A model generated the notes under the pieces. The model did no database searches. It was given only the letters and a program-made list of their open reading frames with translations, and was not told where the DNA came from. From Octopus bimaculoides (Eukaryota), in NCBI RefSeq assembly GCF_001194135.2, contig NC_068985.1, forward strand, positions 6,186,543 to 6,227,238: DNA of 40,696 nucleotides, read 5' to 3'. A program made the position numbers and the translations under genes. Numbering within the stretch: position 1 is the stretch's first letter; every line of letters begins with the position of its first letter. Positions 23,594 to 37,026 of the stretch are shown one piece after another.

Positions 23594-24849
23594 NNNNNNN
23601 NNNNNNNNNNNNNNNNNNNNNNNNNNNNNNNNNNNNNNNNNNNNNNNNNNNNNNNNNNNNNNNNNNNNNNNNNNNNNNNNNNNNNNNNNNNNNTATATAT
23701 ATATATATGTACACACACACATACAATCACACACGCAATGTATTCATGTTGTGTAATTTGGCCAGTACCTTTCCTTTCTGTGAGAGAGTTCGCCACCGTG
23801 ACTGTTTATTGCTACATATGGTGAAATAATTAAACACTTGGCATATACGTGCACACGTAGCTAGTTCTTGATTATGTACATATGCGTTTGCAAATCGATC
23901 GGTGAGTGGAGCTCTTTCTGCAATAGAGCCTACAGCTTCTACTTGTCTAGAAAACATTGTCTACGATATTTCAACCCAAACTGAGCATTATGAATGCTAC
24001 ATGCTCTTGAAAACTAATCAAATATATTAAGATACAAGAATATACACTGTTGGTTTAACATGGACATTATGGTAGTATACAAGTAGAAACACGTGATATA
24101 TACAGCACAGTGAATTCATCGATAGTGGCAGCTGATCCTCGAATTTCATTTGCTGATGTTTATTCTAATGTTCAAAGAAAACTACCTTATTATTTCATGT
24201 CATTTCACCTTGTTGAAATATTATTACAATTGAATAATCGTACGAGGATTGTTATTCAAAGTGTGAACATGTTTAAAAATACATTTCTGTTTTAGACAAG
24301 TTGGAGACGTAACGATAAACGATCTTGTCAACATAACATTACTACACACTTGGAGCAATACGTGATGAGATAATTTCTTCAAATTTACAGTAATATAAAA
24401 TTCAATGTGAAGATCTGTGAACGGCGTGATTAGATTTCATTTCCCACATGGCGCCGTTTTACATCATTCCCTCGATTTATGCAGGTAATGTTTAGAAATG
24501 GTTGCAATGCAGGCTTGGAATTTTGTGTCTCATAATCGACATATAGGATTATGTTTTAAGAGAAATACACAGACGCTTTCTTCTTGTCTACTATCCTCAG
24601 GACATTGATAGCAAATATGAGATAAATAATGGCAAACGACTTTAAGAAATGTTTTACTCTTCTTTTTGACAGCATCTCTACATTTGCTCCTTTATGTCAC
24701 GATACAATGACTAGTGATTCTGTTTATACTAATAACTACAGTAAACCAGCGGCCAGTATAATTTAATCTCACGAGTCATTTCCTCTTCAGAAAACATTAG
24801 TGGATAAAATTCGAATTATGAAATAGAAGCTGTCATGGAATATAATCTT

Positions 24850-24859
24850 TATCTTTCTT

Positions 24860-24914
<55 letters not shown>

Positions 24915-24989
24915 GTCTATATACGTCTATATACATCCATACACACACACGCACGCACATACACATATGTTTGTGTGTATATATATATA
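24850..24989. repeat. (TATC)n then CA/TG/TA low-complexity tract abutting a gap
   Basis: Direct reading. Confidence 0.9.
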
Positions 24990-25719
24990 NNNNNNNNNNN
25001 NNNNNNNNNNNNNNNNNNNNNNNNNNNNNNNNNNNNNNNNNNNNNNNNNNNNNNNNNNNNNNNNNNNNNNNNNNNNNNNNNNNNNNNNNNNNNNNNNNNN
25101 NNNNNNNNNNNNNNNNNNNNNNNNNNNNNNNNNNNNNNNNNNNNNNNNNNNNNNNNNNNNNNNNNNNNNNNNNNNNNNNNNNNNNNNNNNNNNNNNNNNN
25201 NNNNNNNNNNNNNNNNNNNNNNNNNNNNNNNNNNNNNNNNNNNNNNNNNNNNNNNNNNNNNNNNNNNNNNNNNNNNNNNNNNNNNNNNNNNNNNNNNNNN
25301 NNNNNNNNNNNNNNNNNNNNNNNNNNNNNNNNNNNNNNNNNNNNNNNNNNNNNNNNNNNNNNNNNNNNNNNNNNNNNNNNNNNNNNNNNNNNNNNNNNNN
25401 NNNNNNNNNNNNNNNNNNNNNNNNNNNNNNNNNNNNNNNNNNNNNNNNNNNNNNNNNNNNNNNNNNNNNNNNNNNNNNNNNNNNNNNNNNNNNNNNNATA
25501 TAAAACTTTTAATGTCTTCGTATCGTTAAACATCGCTTGTATTGCATAATTTGAATTTTATTCAGCCTTTGTAGCGTCATTGGAAGTTACATATTTTCTG
25601 ACATGTGCAGCAATGGCCCAACTGGAAGCTACCATACCCGCACTCACTCCTGGGACGAATTTATTTCGCCTAGTATGTTGTGTTTGACACCAGAATACGT
25701 ATTTTCTTTTCTCTGTAGT

Positions 25720-25758
25720 TTCAGCTCAGAGCTGCGGCCATGCTGATGCACCACCGTA
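25720..25758 (-). mobile_element. Short SINE/LINE 3' tail fragment
   Basis: tttcagctcagagctgcggccatgctgatgcaccacc shares the gcggccatgctg motif of the family B tail. Confidence 0.45.
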
Positions 25759-26191
25759 TAAAAAAAAAATAATAATTGGAGAGAAAAAATACTGGAGTGT
25801 CTGGCTTTTCAACGGCACATTAAATATCTTTGTTAGCGAAATACATTTGAATAATGATTTTTATTCATATCAAGTAATATGGCTTTCATGGAAGCCATAT
25901 ACATATTACAATGCGATGCCTAAGTCGGCACGTAAACAAGGCGCACCAAAATGTAACATGGGAACCTAACATATGAAAACGTTTAACCGTAAGAAAGAAA
26001 TCAGTATAGTACTGCCAAGGTAGAAGCCAAACAGTCGAAATATTTTAGCCGGAAAATCCACATAAATTCAACCGTTATTTACGAAAAAACAGAAGCACCA
26101 AACATACAGCAATCCCTTGCCATATCGTAGTTCACCTTTTACGGTTTATTAGTTAAGCTTACGCCTCTTTATCCGTATTGTTGTTTTGTAT

Positions 26192-26194
<3 letters not shown>

Positions 26195-26242
<48 letters not shown>
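26195..26242. repeat. (TA)n microsatellite
   Basis: Direct reading. Confidence 0.95.
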
Positions 26243-26245
<3 letters not shown>

Positions 26246-27695
26246 AACTATAAACATAATTTTTAAAAATATACAGCACAGTACGGTTTCCACTTCGAGG
26301 TTCTTCACCTATCGCAATTCTTGAAAATAAGACTTAGGAATTTTCTTGTGCAAGATTAGCTATAAAAATAATAATATACGTAAAGTAAACGACACAGTCG
26401 TGTATTGAAATAGACAAACACACGTCCCTCCCCCACACACACGCACATACGCATACCCACAGACACACACAAGCACATACGCACGTGCGTGCTTGTATGC
26501 GTGTGTGTACATGTATGCATAAATTAATTGTAATTGTTCATTTTTATTAGGTCTTACAGTCAACAGTTGTGTCTAATCTATTCGATATAGAAATACATTT
26601 ATTTGATTAAAACAAACAAAATTGCTTTTGAGTAACAAATTTAAACTCTTTTCGGATAAATTGGTTTTCATGATGCTGTATAATTCCTGTTCAATCTGAC
26701 CACATACCTACCACACTGAATACGTTCAGGCACTAATGAGCTAGTAATAAATTAAAACACAATCGAACACTAGGCTGTAGCAACTCGATTTATATTAAAA
26801 AAAAAATAAAAAACTTCATACAGAAACATTCCTAAACACATCTTGTGTCATTGGGGTTCGGCTCAGCAGGCTTCACGATATTATTTTAGCATGACGTTAT
26901 ACAATAACTTATGGCTCCAGTGAACATGGTGTTTTGAAAAATAATATTAAAAAAAGACTAAATATTCGCGCAAATATTGGAATTGCGATTTTACAAATGA
27001 ATTTAAACATGCTTTCTGAACTCAAGCTATTTTTAATTGTGGATGTGTTAAGCGTTGCATGGAAAGGCCATTGAACCATCGTGCAGAACAGAATTGCTAA
27101 TATTTGTTACTCACTGGCAATATTACAAGAAAAAACACGAGAAAAATAATTCATGTAAACACAAATAATGCGATAAATTAGATCCATGAAAATCAACAGC
27201 GACAATAACAACAGCATCAATAACAAAAATAGAAATGAAAATATTATATTGGGTTTGCATAGTGCACAGAAAGTGATTGCTAAAAGGTAACAATTTAGGA
27301 AAGGTGTTTGATATTTTTTTTTTTTCTGTTTTCAAATAAATGCCAGAAATAATATCCAGAAAAAAAAAAGAAGAAAGAAACAAAGCGTTCAAAGAAAAAA
27401 GAAATCAATTGATTTTTTTTTTTTTGGTCACAGACGAATAAATCATAGCTATTTGAAAACAGTACAGATAGAACGGTGTGTATTGGATAATTCTTTCTAT
27501 ATATTTATATATAAACACATTTAAGCATGTATACATATAATTTTGTATGTAAGAATGCGTGTATATATGTATATATGCATAAGTTTATACGTATATGTGA
27601 ATGAGCTTTAATAAATTTATACATTTAAATGCGTATGCACATGTTAATATACAGTGCAAGCACCCGCATATGTACACCTCTATATACTCACAGAA

Positions 27696-27704
27696 GGAGA
27701 GAGA

Positions 27705-27751
<47 letters not shown>

Positions 27752-27850
27752 GGAAAGGAGGAGAAAGAAAGAGGGGAGAGAAAAGAAAAAATATGAGTTA
27801 GAGAAACAGAAAGAGGAAGAGGGGAGAAATAGGGTGGATGAGAAGGAAAG
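27696..27850. repeat. (GA)n and purine-rich tract
   Basis: Direct reading. Confidence 0.9.
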
Positions 27851-29167
27851 CGGGTGATAAAGTTGTCGTCTGTAAGAAACAGATGACGATGAAAAGTTTT
27901 GTATAATATACGTCCATTTATACAGGCATTTATACATAATTACGTGTCCGTCCATCCGTATTCACTCTTACGCGTCAACACAACCCTATGCAAAGACAAA
28001 CGTACACACATAACGCACACACAGAAAAACAAACAAACATTAATATTTCTATAAACATATGAAGTCATTTACGAGCACATATTTGTATATGAATTTCAAA
28101 AATATACGTGTAGGTTACATTAGTGAACATTTAGTTAAAATTACTTCACATAAAACTGTGTTAAAAAATACCATCTACGCAGTCAATCAAAACTATTCCG
28201 ATACATTCTAACGAATAAAGAAATAGAGTTATTTGAAGTAGTTTGCTAGCAAAACGTTAATATGTATGAGATAAACAGCAAGAAACAATAAAACATATTG
28301 TCTCTTTGTTGACTCAAAAGAAATATTACCTAAATAATAGCTTCAGCTTGCTCTTTTCATTCGCTGCTATTTCTGAAACATTAATAAAGACATTTGAAAT
28401 AGTTTTAGGTGTGTTACACTTACATTAATAATATTTTATTAAACGAAAGTTTTCTAATAAACTACCGAAACATTTTCTAATATTCTCTCTCGTGTCAAGT
28501 TGAAAGGTACTCGCTAAATTCGTTATTGTCTTTTTGCTACAGACATGTATTTATTAACGTTTATTTTGTATTGTACACTGTGTGCGTGTAAATGTTTAAT
28601 AGTTGTATATACATATATGATATCATATACTGCCGTACCATGCAGATTTGTACCGGCACACGCACAGATACACAAAGGCATTTTTGTAAGCATACACATA
28701 CACACACATGTATATAGGCGATAGAATACCTTTGATTCGTAGTCTGTTGAGCATTAAATATTTTCTACAATTAATGATGAGACATCTAAGGGATAAATAC
28801 GTCCATTTAATTATATACCGCACTAGTAACTTAAATATATTAACTGCATAAAATAAGCTTTAGACTAATTAAATGAAATTCAATACGACATTTCTTATGG
28901 GTTGCCAATAAATCGTGGAACGGTCTGTATGGATGCTCTGCCATCTCCTGCTTTCCTGTAATCGAAGCAAAGAAGAAATGTTTTAGCTATTTTATTGTTG
29001 ATTAACACAGCTAAGACTTCCTAATACTTAAATATGTAAGTGTAAATTTGACTCACGTTGAGTTGTGTGGACATAGCCGTATAGATGTATACTGAAGCAC
29101 ATTACACGCACCCAAACATAGAGAAATAGTTTTAGATAAACACGGCTGGCCTTCAGTTATATATATA

Positions 29168-29206
29168 AATACACACACACATACACGCTCGCACACACAC
29201 ATACGC

Positions 29207-29252
<46 letters not shown>

Positions 29253-29262
29253 ACACACACAC
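29168..29262. repeat. (CA)n microsatellite
   Basis: Direct reading. Confidence 0.95.
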
Positions 29263-29684
29263 GTTGATAGATAAATAAATAGATAGAAAAAGAACTAAAT
29301 ATTTTCAGAGGATAAACACATATGTACAAGCATAGAGATATTTGTTTATATCAACAAATAAATATACCTTTACATGGAGTATAAGACCCCCCAGAAAACT
29401 AAGGAGGGAATGCACAATTTTTAATTCAGCAGCTGTTTCACGGTGCTCGGACTCATGCAATAGCTACAATGATCGAAAATAGCAGATGGAATGTGAAAGA
29501 AGTCATGAATATACAATTAGTCGATTTATTACCATGATAGTCGCTTCCTTTCTTAGGAGGGAAAACTAGCACATAGGCATGTGTGTGTGTGTGTCTGTAC
29601 ACATGTGTGTATGTGTGTGTGACTGAATTATTGCAATGTTAGATTTGCATCGGATAGAATAATTTGCACTGTTTTTTCCGACTA

Positions 29685-29762
29685 TCTACGCTTTAAGTTT
29701 TGATCTATCAGAGGTCGACTTAACTGTATACCATCTGTGGGTTGATAAATAAAATACTAGCA
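29685..29762 (+). mobile_element. Highly diverged family A SINE central fragment
   Basis: gaggtcgacttaactgtataccatctgtgggttgataaataaaatactag resembles gaggtcgactttgcctttcatcctttcggggtcgataaaataagtaccag. Confidence 0.4.
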
Positions 29763-30904
29763 TTTGGCGATATATTACCTAAATTGTTAAGGTGTCGCAC
29801 AAAACGTTTAATTAAATCCGTTTCAGTTTTTTTTTCGTTGTATTTCAAGCCAAGCTTCATCGGCTTTGCGTTGATGGTGATGAAAAAATGTGGGGTGAAG
29901 CGTCAGATTGGAGGTATGTGAAAATTGCTATTATCATTTGCTTCGGTTCAGAAATTCTACATCACCCGTCCTGATTAAACATTTATAATAAATTCGTCAT
30001 GATAACTCGCTAGCCACTAAAACTTTTGTTCTATTTTCTCTCCCTATTTATTTCTGTATTCCTTTCTGTCGAAGAGTGTAGGCTCCAAACGTAAAAGACT
30101 TTCTCATTTCCCGGGTGTTAGTCTGGTTTGTGGTTTGCGGTTTACATTTTTTTGTAAATTCTCACTAAAATAAATTATAGAAGATCGTGGAAAGAAACAG
30201 AAACTATAGGAAACCTCATAGGCAGCTATATTTTTTAATTCTATGTTTAACGTTGTTTTTTCGTGTGTGTATCCCTTTCTTTGTTTAATTTTTGTTTCTA
30301 TTCTCTCCGCTGTAGGAAACTCCAAGATTTTTACTGTCAGAAATTAAACTTCTGCTTGCATATCGGCATTGTCTACATCAGATCATATGCCATATCCTGT
30401 TATCCACACCACATAAAAGTCGCACATATTGCCAAGAAAAAACTGGGAAAACCACTCAAGGTTGACTATCGGTGGCAGAGCCTGTAACTATCAGTGTTGT
30501 GTTGTACTCTCCCATTGCTGCCGCTCGGAAATATACGTCGGTATAAATCTTGTTATTCTAGAGTTCATGGTTTTTTTGCCTCAAAGCAAATACTAGTGTT
30601 AGCTAATTTCATTCTGTCAAAGGTAGTGTAACTTAAGTTGTATATTTTATGAATATTTCTAATATTTTGCTCTCTTTGTATCAGCGTCAAAGGATTTAAA
30701 CTGTCTTTGATATGTGGCACTCTGTCGGTTGCGACGACGAGGGTTGCAGTTGATCTGGTCAACGGAACAGCTTCCAAAAACACGTGTACCCTTTAGGTAT
30801 TTCTCGTGGGAGATTCGGTGAGACACAGAGTGTAATACGCTGGCCATTGGAAATACAGGTATAACAAAAACAGGAAGGAAGTGTGATAGAAAACTGTAGT
30901 GAAA

Positions 30905-31062
30905 GAGTACTGCATGGTTCGCCACGACCCCCTAGTGGAGCCTCGTAAAGTTTTATGTGTTTTTACTCAATTAACACTCACAAAGCCCGGTCTGGGAATC
31001 AAAGACGGTGATCCTACGACCACAAGTCTGCTGCCCTAACCACTGCGTCATTGTGTCGCCAC
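30905..31062 (-). mobile_element. tRNA-derived SINE 5' part, family C
   Basis: Minus strand gtggcgacacaatgacgcagtggttagggcagcagacttgtggtcgtaggatcaccgtctttgattcccagaccgggc: tRNA-like head with A-box and degenerate B-box. Confidence 0.65.
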
Positions 31063-31404
31063 TGTCATTGATGAATAGATATAAACTAACTGATCATTGC
31101 TATCAGTTTGATGTACTTGCTCCCTAGAACCGATATAAGTTATTACATTTGAGATTTTATTCAGAAATGAAGCTATATAATTCAATCCTGTATGAACGTC
31201 TCGTTATAGAAAAATTCATTTAAATGGTTTTGCTTCTACAGGTAGAAATTTGGTGTCGCCAATTTATCTGAATTATATAAAGCCAATTAAAGAATCATGT
31301 GCCATAGATATAAGTAATTCTATGTGAATATACATATAACACTATCTGGATTGGAGTAACTAATATTCACCTAGAGAAGCCGATCGTGTATATATGAGCC
31401 AGCT

Positions 31405-31650
31405 AAAGCAGGAGTGAGAGAGGGAAACAGAGAGACTGAAAGAGAGTGGGAGAATAGAGAGAGAACAATAAAGAAAGCGAGAGAAAGGAAAATAAAGAGA
31501 GAGAGAGAGAGAGAGAGAGAAAGAAAGAAAGAGAGAAGGAAGCAATGAGAGAAGGAGAGGGAAGTAAAGAGAGCTAGAGAGAGGGAAAAAAGTGAGCGAG
31601 AAATAAAGAGAGCGAGAGAGAAGGAAATAAAGTGAGAGATAGGGGGGAAT

Positions 31651-31691
<41 letters not shown>

Positions 31692-31740
31692 GAGAGAGGG
31701 AGAGAGACAGACGGTTGCAGAAAGAAAGAGGGAATGAGTT
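31405..31740. repeat. Long purine-rich (GA)n-like tract
   Basis: Direct reading; source of the Ser/Leu-rich minus-strand ORFs. Confidence 0.95.
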
Positions 31741-32519
31741 GAAGTGTGTCTTGTTTGAATGTAAGTATGTGTTCGTAAGTGTGTATATATATGTGTGTGT
31801 ATACATATGTATCTGTAAGTGTTAGTGTGTAAGTATATGTAAAGTGTTCTGTAATAAAATAACAAACTGTAACAGATAAATAAGCAGAGAATTTTTTTTT
31901 TTAAAATTAACAAATTAACGAGTTTCATTTTCGCCACGTGTTAGTCTTGCAGTTTCTAAGAAGACTTTGGGATTTGAACATTTCATCACATCTCCATCTT
32001 GCAGAACTGCAACAGTAAAGAAAAAAGAACAAAAAACAAATATTCTTTAACACTTTTGTTGTATAACTTCATCATCAATTTTATTTCACTTATCCCATTC
32101 TGTTTACAGACGTGTATCAACTTTATTTGATGTGCTACAAAAACAAAAATAATCTAACGCAAATAAAACACTGAGACAACGTCATCAATTTCAATATTAG
32201 CGGATAAAAAAACATTAAAATATAACTATAAAATCGTTTAGCCATTGTGCTGACAATCTCGAAAGATAACTTGTTTCGCAACGATAATAATATTTGCGAT
32301 TACAAGCGCTCTTCTGAGACCTTGGCACCTTTTATCTATCACTGATATCTCATGTTCCAAAGTTATCTCGAAATGAGAATCCGATATGCAAACTCTTTAA
32401 TTTATACAATATTTTTGTCTTGTATTTAATCATTTTAGATAATATTATTTGGGAATAACCTGTGGTAATACGAAACATTTAAAATTCAGCAACAAACACA
32501 CGCACTCACAAGGGAAGAT

Positions 32520-32554
32520 CACCCACACGCAGACACACACTCACACAAGTATAT

Positions 32555-32589
<35 letters not shown>

Positions 32590-32633
32590 CCACACACAAA
32601 CACACACACACATATATATATACCTGTATATGC

Positions 32634-32720
<87 letters not shown>

Positions 32721-32790
32721 AGTATATCTCTGTCCATCACACTCTTTCTCATCCTCTCTCTATCTCTCTCACTCTTTCTTTATATATATA
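32520..32790. repeat. Compound microsatellite CA/TA/TG/CT
   Basis: Direct reading. Confidence 0.9.
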
Positions 32791-32859
32791 TATTACATAA
32801 AACGTACATGCAAATATACATATTCTAGCATTATTTCGAAGAAACGGTAAAGTTACCTT

Positions 32860-33097
32860 CCTGAATCATACCGACTCATTAGGGCTGGTTTCCCGGTTTC
32901 AATGGCGCCAAAACTCCCACCTGGGCGCGGCGCCTGTCCGTTGCAGAATTACTCATCCTTGCCAGCCGAGTGGAATGGAGCAACGAGAAATGAAGTGTTT
33001 TGCACTAGAATACAACCTGTCGCCCGGTCCAGGGATCGAAATCACAATCTTACGATCATGAGTCCAACATCCTAACCACTAAGCCTAGTGTCTCCAC
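32860..33097 (-). mobile_element. tRNA-derived SINE, family D, with a V-domain-like segment
   Basis: Minus strand: ggcttagtggttaggatgttggactcatgatc..gatttcgatccctgg tRNA head; ctgcaacggacaggcgccgcgcccagg resembles the V-SINE gatggactggcg..gtccagg motif (assignment from recall). Confidence 0.7.
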
Positions 33098-34032
33098 ATT
33101 ATTTCGTGTGCTATAAGTAATAAATAGTTGGTGTGCTCTGGTGTACGCAATATACATTATTACAAGAAAAATTGTATCTATCTAAATTAATTCAAATGAT
33201 ATAAATCAGGTTTAACCTTATCGTACATACCAAGAATTCGAGTAACAAATTTCTCAAATGATATTTGATTTTTGCATCTAATGCATGCTGAAAATCTCTA
33301 GGTATTTGCTCGTGAAACTAATTTCTTGATTACGTCTTCTTTTTTCAGTATTTCTGATGTTGCTTAAGCGAAATGGTTTTGCGGGAGTTAAGAAGCAGAA
33401 AAGCGAAGGTTAAACAAGAGTATTGTGGTGCTATGAGTAGCTACGTGGAAACAATTAAGCTAACGCCACTTCAGTTGTAGAAGTGAAGAGAATGTCATTA
33501 ATTTATCTTCAGAAACAGTTGAAGCGTTGCATATTCCTTAGTCGATGGAAAATTTATCGGATAGGTGTTAAAGTCGTGAGAAGAAAAGAATCGCTTCATC
33601 CCGTTAGAATGGCTTATAATAGGCATTTACGGTCAGTAGAGCGGACATGAAAACTATTAATGGTATTATTAATCTCTTTGAGCAATCTTGCTTCTTATAC
33701 AGGTAGAAATAGATAAAGGAAGCAAATAATTGCATCTTGATAAAAATGACGCAAAATAGATCAAACAATTTCACTTGCCATTGGAGATTTAGATACATTC
33801 TACATAAATTTCATATTCCTTATTCTGTACGGATGTGTCATCAACATAATGAGATAATCATTTTTAGTTATTTCAAACTAAGCAGGCGTCCGTGAAGAAT
33901 TTTGTAATACACAGGCTTCTTCATAGAACCTATTAAATCTAAACATATTAGAACAGTATTTCTTAATTAGTTTTCACATATATAAATTAAGATGTAACGA
34001 CATTAACAACATGCACTTCAGATTTTGCTTAC

Positions 34033-34065
<33 letters not shown>

Positions 34066-34202
34066 NNNNNNNNNNNNNNNNNNNNNNNNNNNNNNNNNNN
34101 NNNNNNNNNNNNNNNNNNNNNNNNNNNNNNNNNNNNNNNNNNNNNNNNNNNNNNNNNNNNNNNNNATATATATATATATATATATACATACAGGGGGGTG
34201 TT

Positions 34203-35497
34203 TGTGTGTGTGTCGGGCGACTGTCGTAGTCGATAAAGTCCAACCTATCACTTTTTTACTTGTATTCTCTTATGTGGAATCTGGCGTGAAAGTTAGATGC
34301 ACAATGGCACCCGCATTCTAGATACACAAAACGCTCTACTGCGTTAGCTGTTGCCTTCATTGCCGCACGCTTTTCCACTTGAATGACTCGTGTTTTATTT
34401 TTGTAGGCTTCGATTACGAATTGCTTGTATACGTTCAGGCATGTACGTCACCATGGTTTCCCATTGTTCTTCATTTATGTTACATTTCAGGAGGGATTAT
34501 TTCAATTGTATCTGTAGCGACGTTTTTGTCTTCCTCTCGGTCGATGACTCTCTGTCAGTTCACTGAAAAACAGCTTTGGTAGCCAGTTGTCGTACATGCT
34601 CATGGGGTGTCCAGACCATCTTAGCTGAGCCTGTGTCAGCAGTGCACATATGCTTAGAATCTGGGCTTGCACGACAACTTTTATACCAGAAACTCTATAG
34701 TACTATTTCATGTTTAAGATGCGTCGGAAGCAGCACTGGTTAAACTGAAAAAGTAGCCTGACATACTTGCGGTAAAGAGTCCACAGCTCATATCCTTACA
34801 GCAATAGAGTCAGGACTGATGCTCTATATACTGCGCACTTCTTTCCACATTCAATTAAAGAGTCAGCCATAAGAAGCACTTGCCCTGACGATGCGATTGA
34901 ATATCTGGAAAAGGTGAGACTGCTACGAAGATACGAGAAGGATTCTACATTGTTAAGGGCCTTGCCGTAAATATTTATTTCGGGGCATGTTTACTGTAAA
35001 ACAGTTTGCCATGCGAGCTTCACTTCAGTCTTCTTGACGCTTATTGTAAGTCCCAGATCCTTGGTTGCCGCCGACAAGAAGTCGGTAGGTTTTTGAAGGT
35101 CATACTCTAAGTGAACAGCAATTACACAGTCGTCACCCTACGGTAGGTCACGAATAAGTGATTTAGTGACATTCGTCTTTGCCTTCAGGCAATGAGTTTT
35201 GCAGATGCCTCCATCTGTCCTGTATATGATCTAAATGCCTGGATCTGAATCGTTAAAGATAGAGAGAAGCATTGAGCTGAAAGGTAGATTGAAGTGTGTT
35301 GGTACAAGAACGCATCTTCGCTTAACTCTGTTAGTGACGGGGAACTCATCATCTTTACTCTCGTTGACTAGGCTCGCGTCCATGTCATCGCAAAAACCTC
35401 ACTGATAATTATCAACCCCTTGGGAGGATTTCAGTTCGGGCAAGTAGATTCGACAGTCCTGGGTGTGACGCAGTTTCGAAAGCATTAATGAGTTCCA
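34203..35497 (-). mobile_element. 5'-truncated, decayed RTE-clade (BovB-like) LINE with 3' end and (CA)n tail
   Basis: Minus strand: NAFET..HPGL, DEFPVTNRVKRRCVLVPT, YRTDG, IRDLP*GDDC (YADD site), LGLTISVKKTEV, AVYRASVL..LL*GYELWTLY, QLRWSGH, RPRGRQKRRY; many stops and frameshifts. Confidence 0.9.
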
Positions 35498-36069
35498 CAA
35501 AGATAATATATAGAAATCAATATATTATAGCGTACATTATAACCAAGTAGTATTCATATCAAGGTTTGCATGTCTTTGAAGACGGCGCTGGGAAAAAGAA
35601 GAAAAGAACTATGGAAATTTATAATAGAGACAATTATAAAGACAACATATTAGACGGATATAATTTCATATTAGAAGAATGACTGTAGTGTAATGATTAT
35701 TGGAAACCAAATAATTACAGTAAACTGAAAAAGTAGGTTATAAAGCTTCTCATGTACAGCGTTTTAAGAGTTGGATAAAAAATAATTGTATGTCAGATAA
35801 GAGATATTTGCAATTCTGTTTGTAATTGATGCAAATGAAAGGGTCGACTGTCATTTTACTAAAGACATTGATAAATTACCTCTGGGACATGTATTATCAC
35901 ATTCTAGAAAACTGCACTAATAAAATTAGAAAATATTGTAAGGTCATTCTTACTAGACTTTTTAATATGCAACAGTTTTTGTTATGTTTTTCAGATCAAG
36001 CTAATTGGATTTGATGACTTGATTGTTTGACTTGATGCATTTATCGTGTCTGTGAGTAATTAGAAATAA

Positions 36070-36153
36070 ATTATGAATACTCATGTTCAATACATTAATC
36101 GTTGTATTTCGGGACGGTCATTTTTTACCTTTGCCTAATAAACAGACGCACTG
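36070..36153 (-). mobile_element. Possible isolated Tc1-type terminal fragment
   Basis: Minus strand begins TA|CAGTGCGTCTG at 36153; no partner TIR seen. Confidence 0.3.
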
Positions 36154-36275
36154 TATATTCGTTCTTCACTAGTTTATTATCATTCTTATTCTAACTCATG
36201 TCAATGGTCTGTAAATCTTCCGTCACAGCAACACTTTCTGTCTTCGTGTGTGTTCTTTCTCTGCTTATTCCATTA

Positions 36276-37026
36276 TATGAAGTTGGCAAATAAGTTACCA
36301 CTGCTTTTTTTTAAAATTTTTTTTTAAGGTTTAATAAAAAGTAACAACTAATTAATCAATAATAAGATTTTCAATACCTCGTTATTAGAAATCACCCAAT
36401 TTCGACACTAAAAATTGATCCAACCAAGCTCTCAGTTCTGCATCAATATTGAATGAAACTCCGCGCATAGCATTTGAAAAAGATCGAAAGAGGTGGAAAT
36501 CCTTTGGTGCCAAATCAAGAAAGTACGGCAGATGTGGCAGCATTTCCCAGCCATGCGTTTAAATGCCTTCCTTGGTCATATCGGCGATATGAGAGCAGGC
36601 GTTGTCGTGCAGCAGAAGAACTCCATGATGCCGATTAGGTCATTTCTCTTGAAGAGCCCTGTTGAGTCGTTCCATCTGTTGAACATAGAGTTCCGCGTTG
36701 AACATTTGGTTCCGTTCTAGCAATTCGTAATGGATAATCCCTTCCCAGTCCCACCATACTCACAATGCGGTTGAAGATCTTGTTTTACGCGCGGTGACGC
36801 TTGTTTACTGGGGCTAAGCCATTCCTTACGCTGCTTCATATTGATGTACAGGCACCATTTTACGTCGCCAGTAACGATTCCGTAAAGAAATCGTTGCTTG
36901 TGTCCATGAGTTGAGCGGTGACGAGCAAGCAAACCAGCGTAGATTGTGGCTCGTTGATTTTTGTTGTTGCCACTTAAAGTATGCGGAACCCATGCTCAAT
37001 ACTTCTGAACCTTTCCCATCGAATGA
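36276..37026 (-). mobile_element. Mariner (DD34D) transposon 3' half with right TIR, truncated by the N-gap
   Basis: IVTGDVKWCLY.N..QRKEWL, WWDWEGIIHYELLE, LLLHDNARSH, WEMLPHLPYFLDLAPKDFHLFRS; terminal tatgaagttggcaaataagtt resembles a mariner TIR, with TA adjacent. Confidence 0.92.

Noticed and set aside
24468-24496. ATG (cccacATGG) with MAPFTSFPRFMQ then CAG|GTAATG donor
   Set aside because: Too short; no supporting downstream exon or promoter evidence.
29825-29870. Minus-strand CCGAUGA-AGC..GCUU-GAAA
   Set aside because: The 5' half fits, but there is no stem III, NUH site or stem I 3' arm.
30290-30800. Two polypyrimidine-AG acceptor-like sites (~30316, ~30684) with short open frames
   Set aside because: Frames end in stops without a good donor and the peptides are unrecognisable.
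30990-33097. tRNA-like sequences at the heads of SINE families C and D
   Set aside because: No complete cloverleaf; they continue into SINE bodies, so they are not called tRNA genes.
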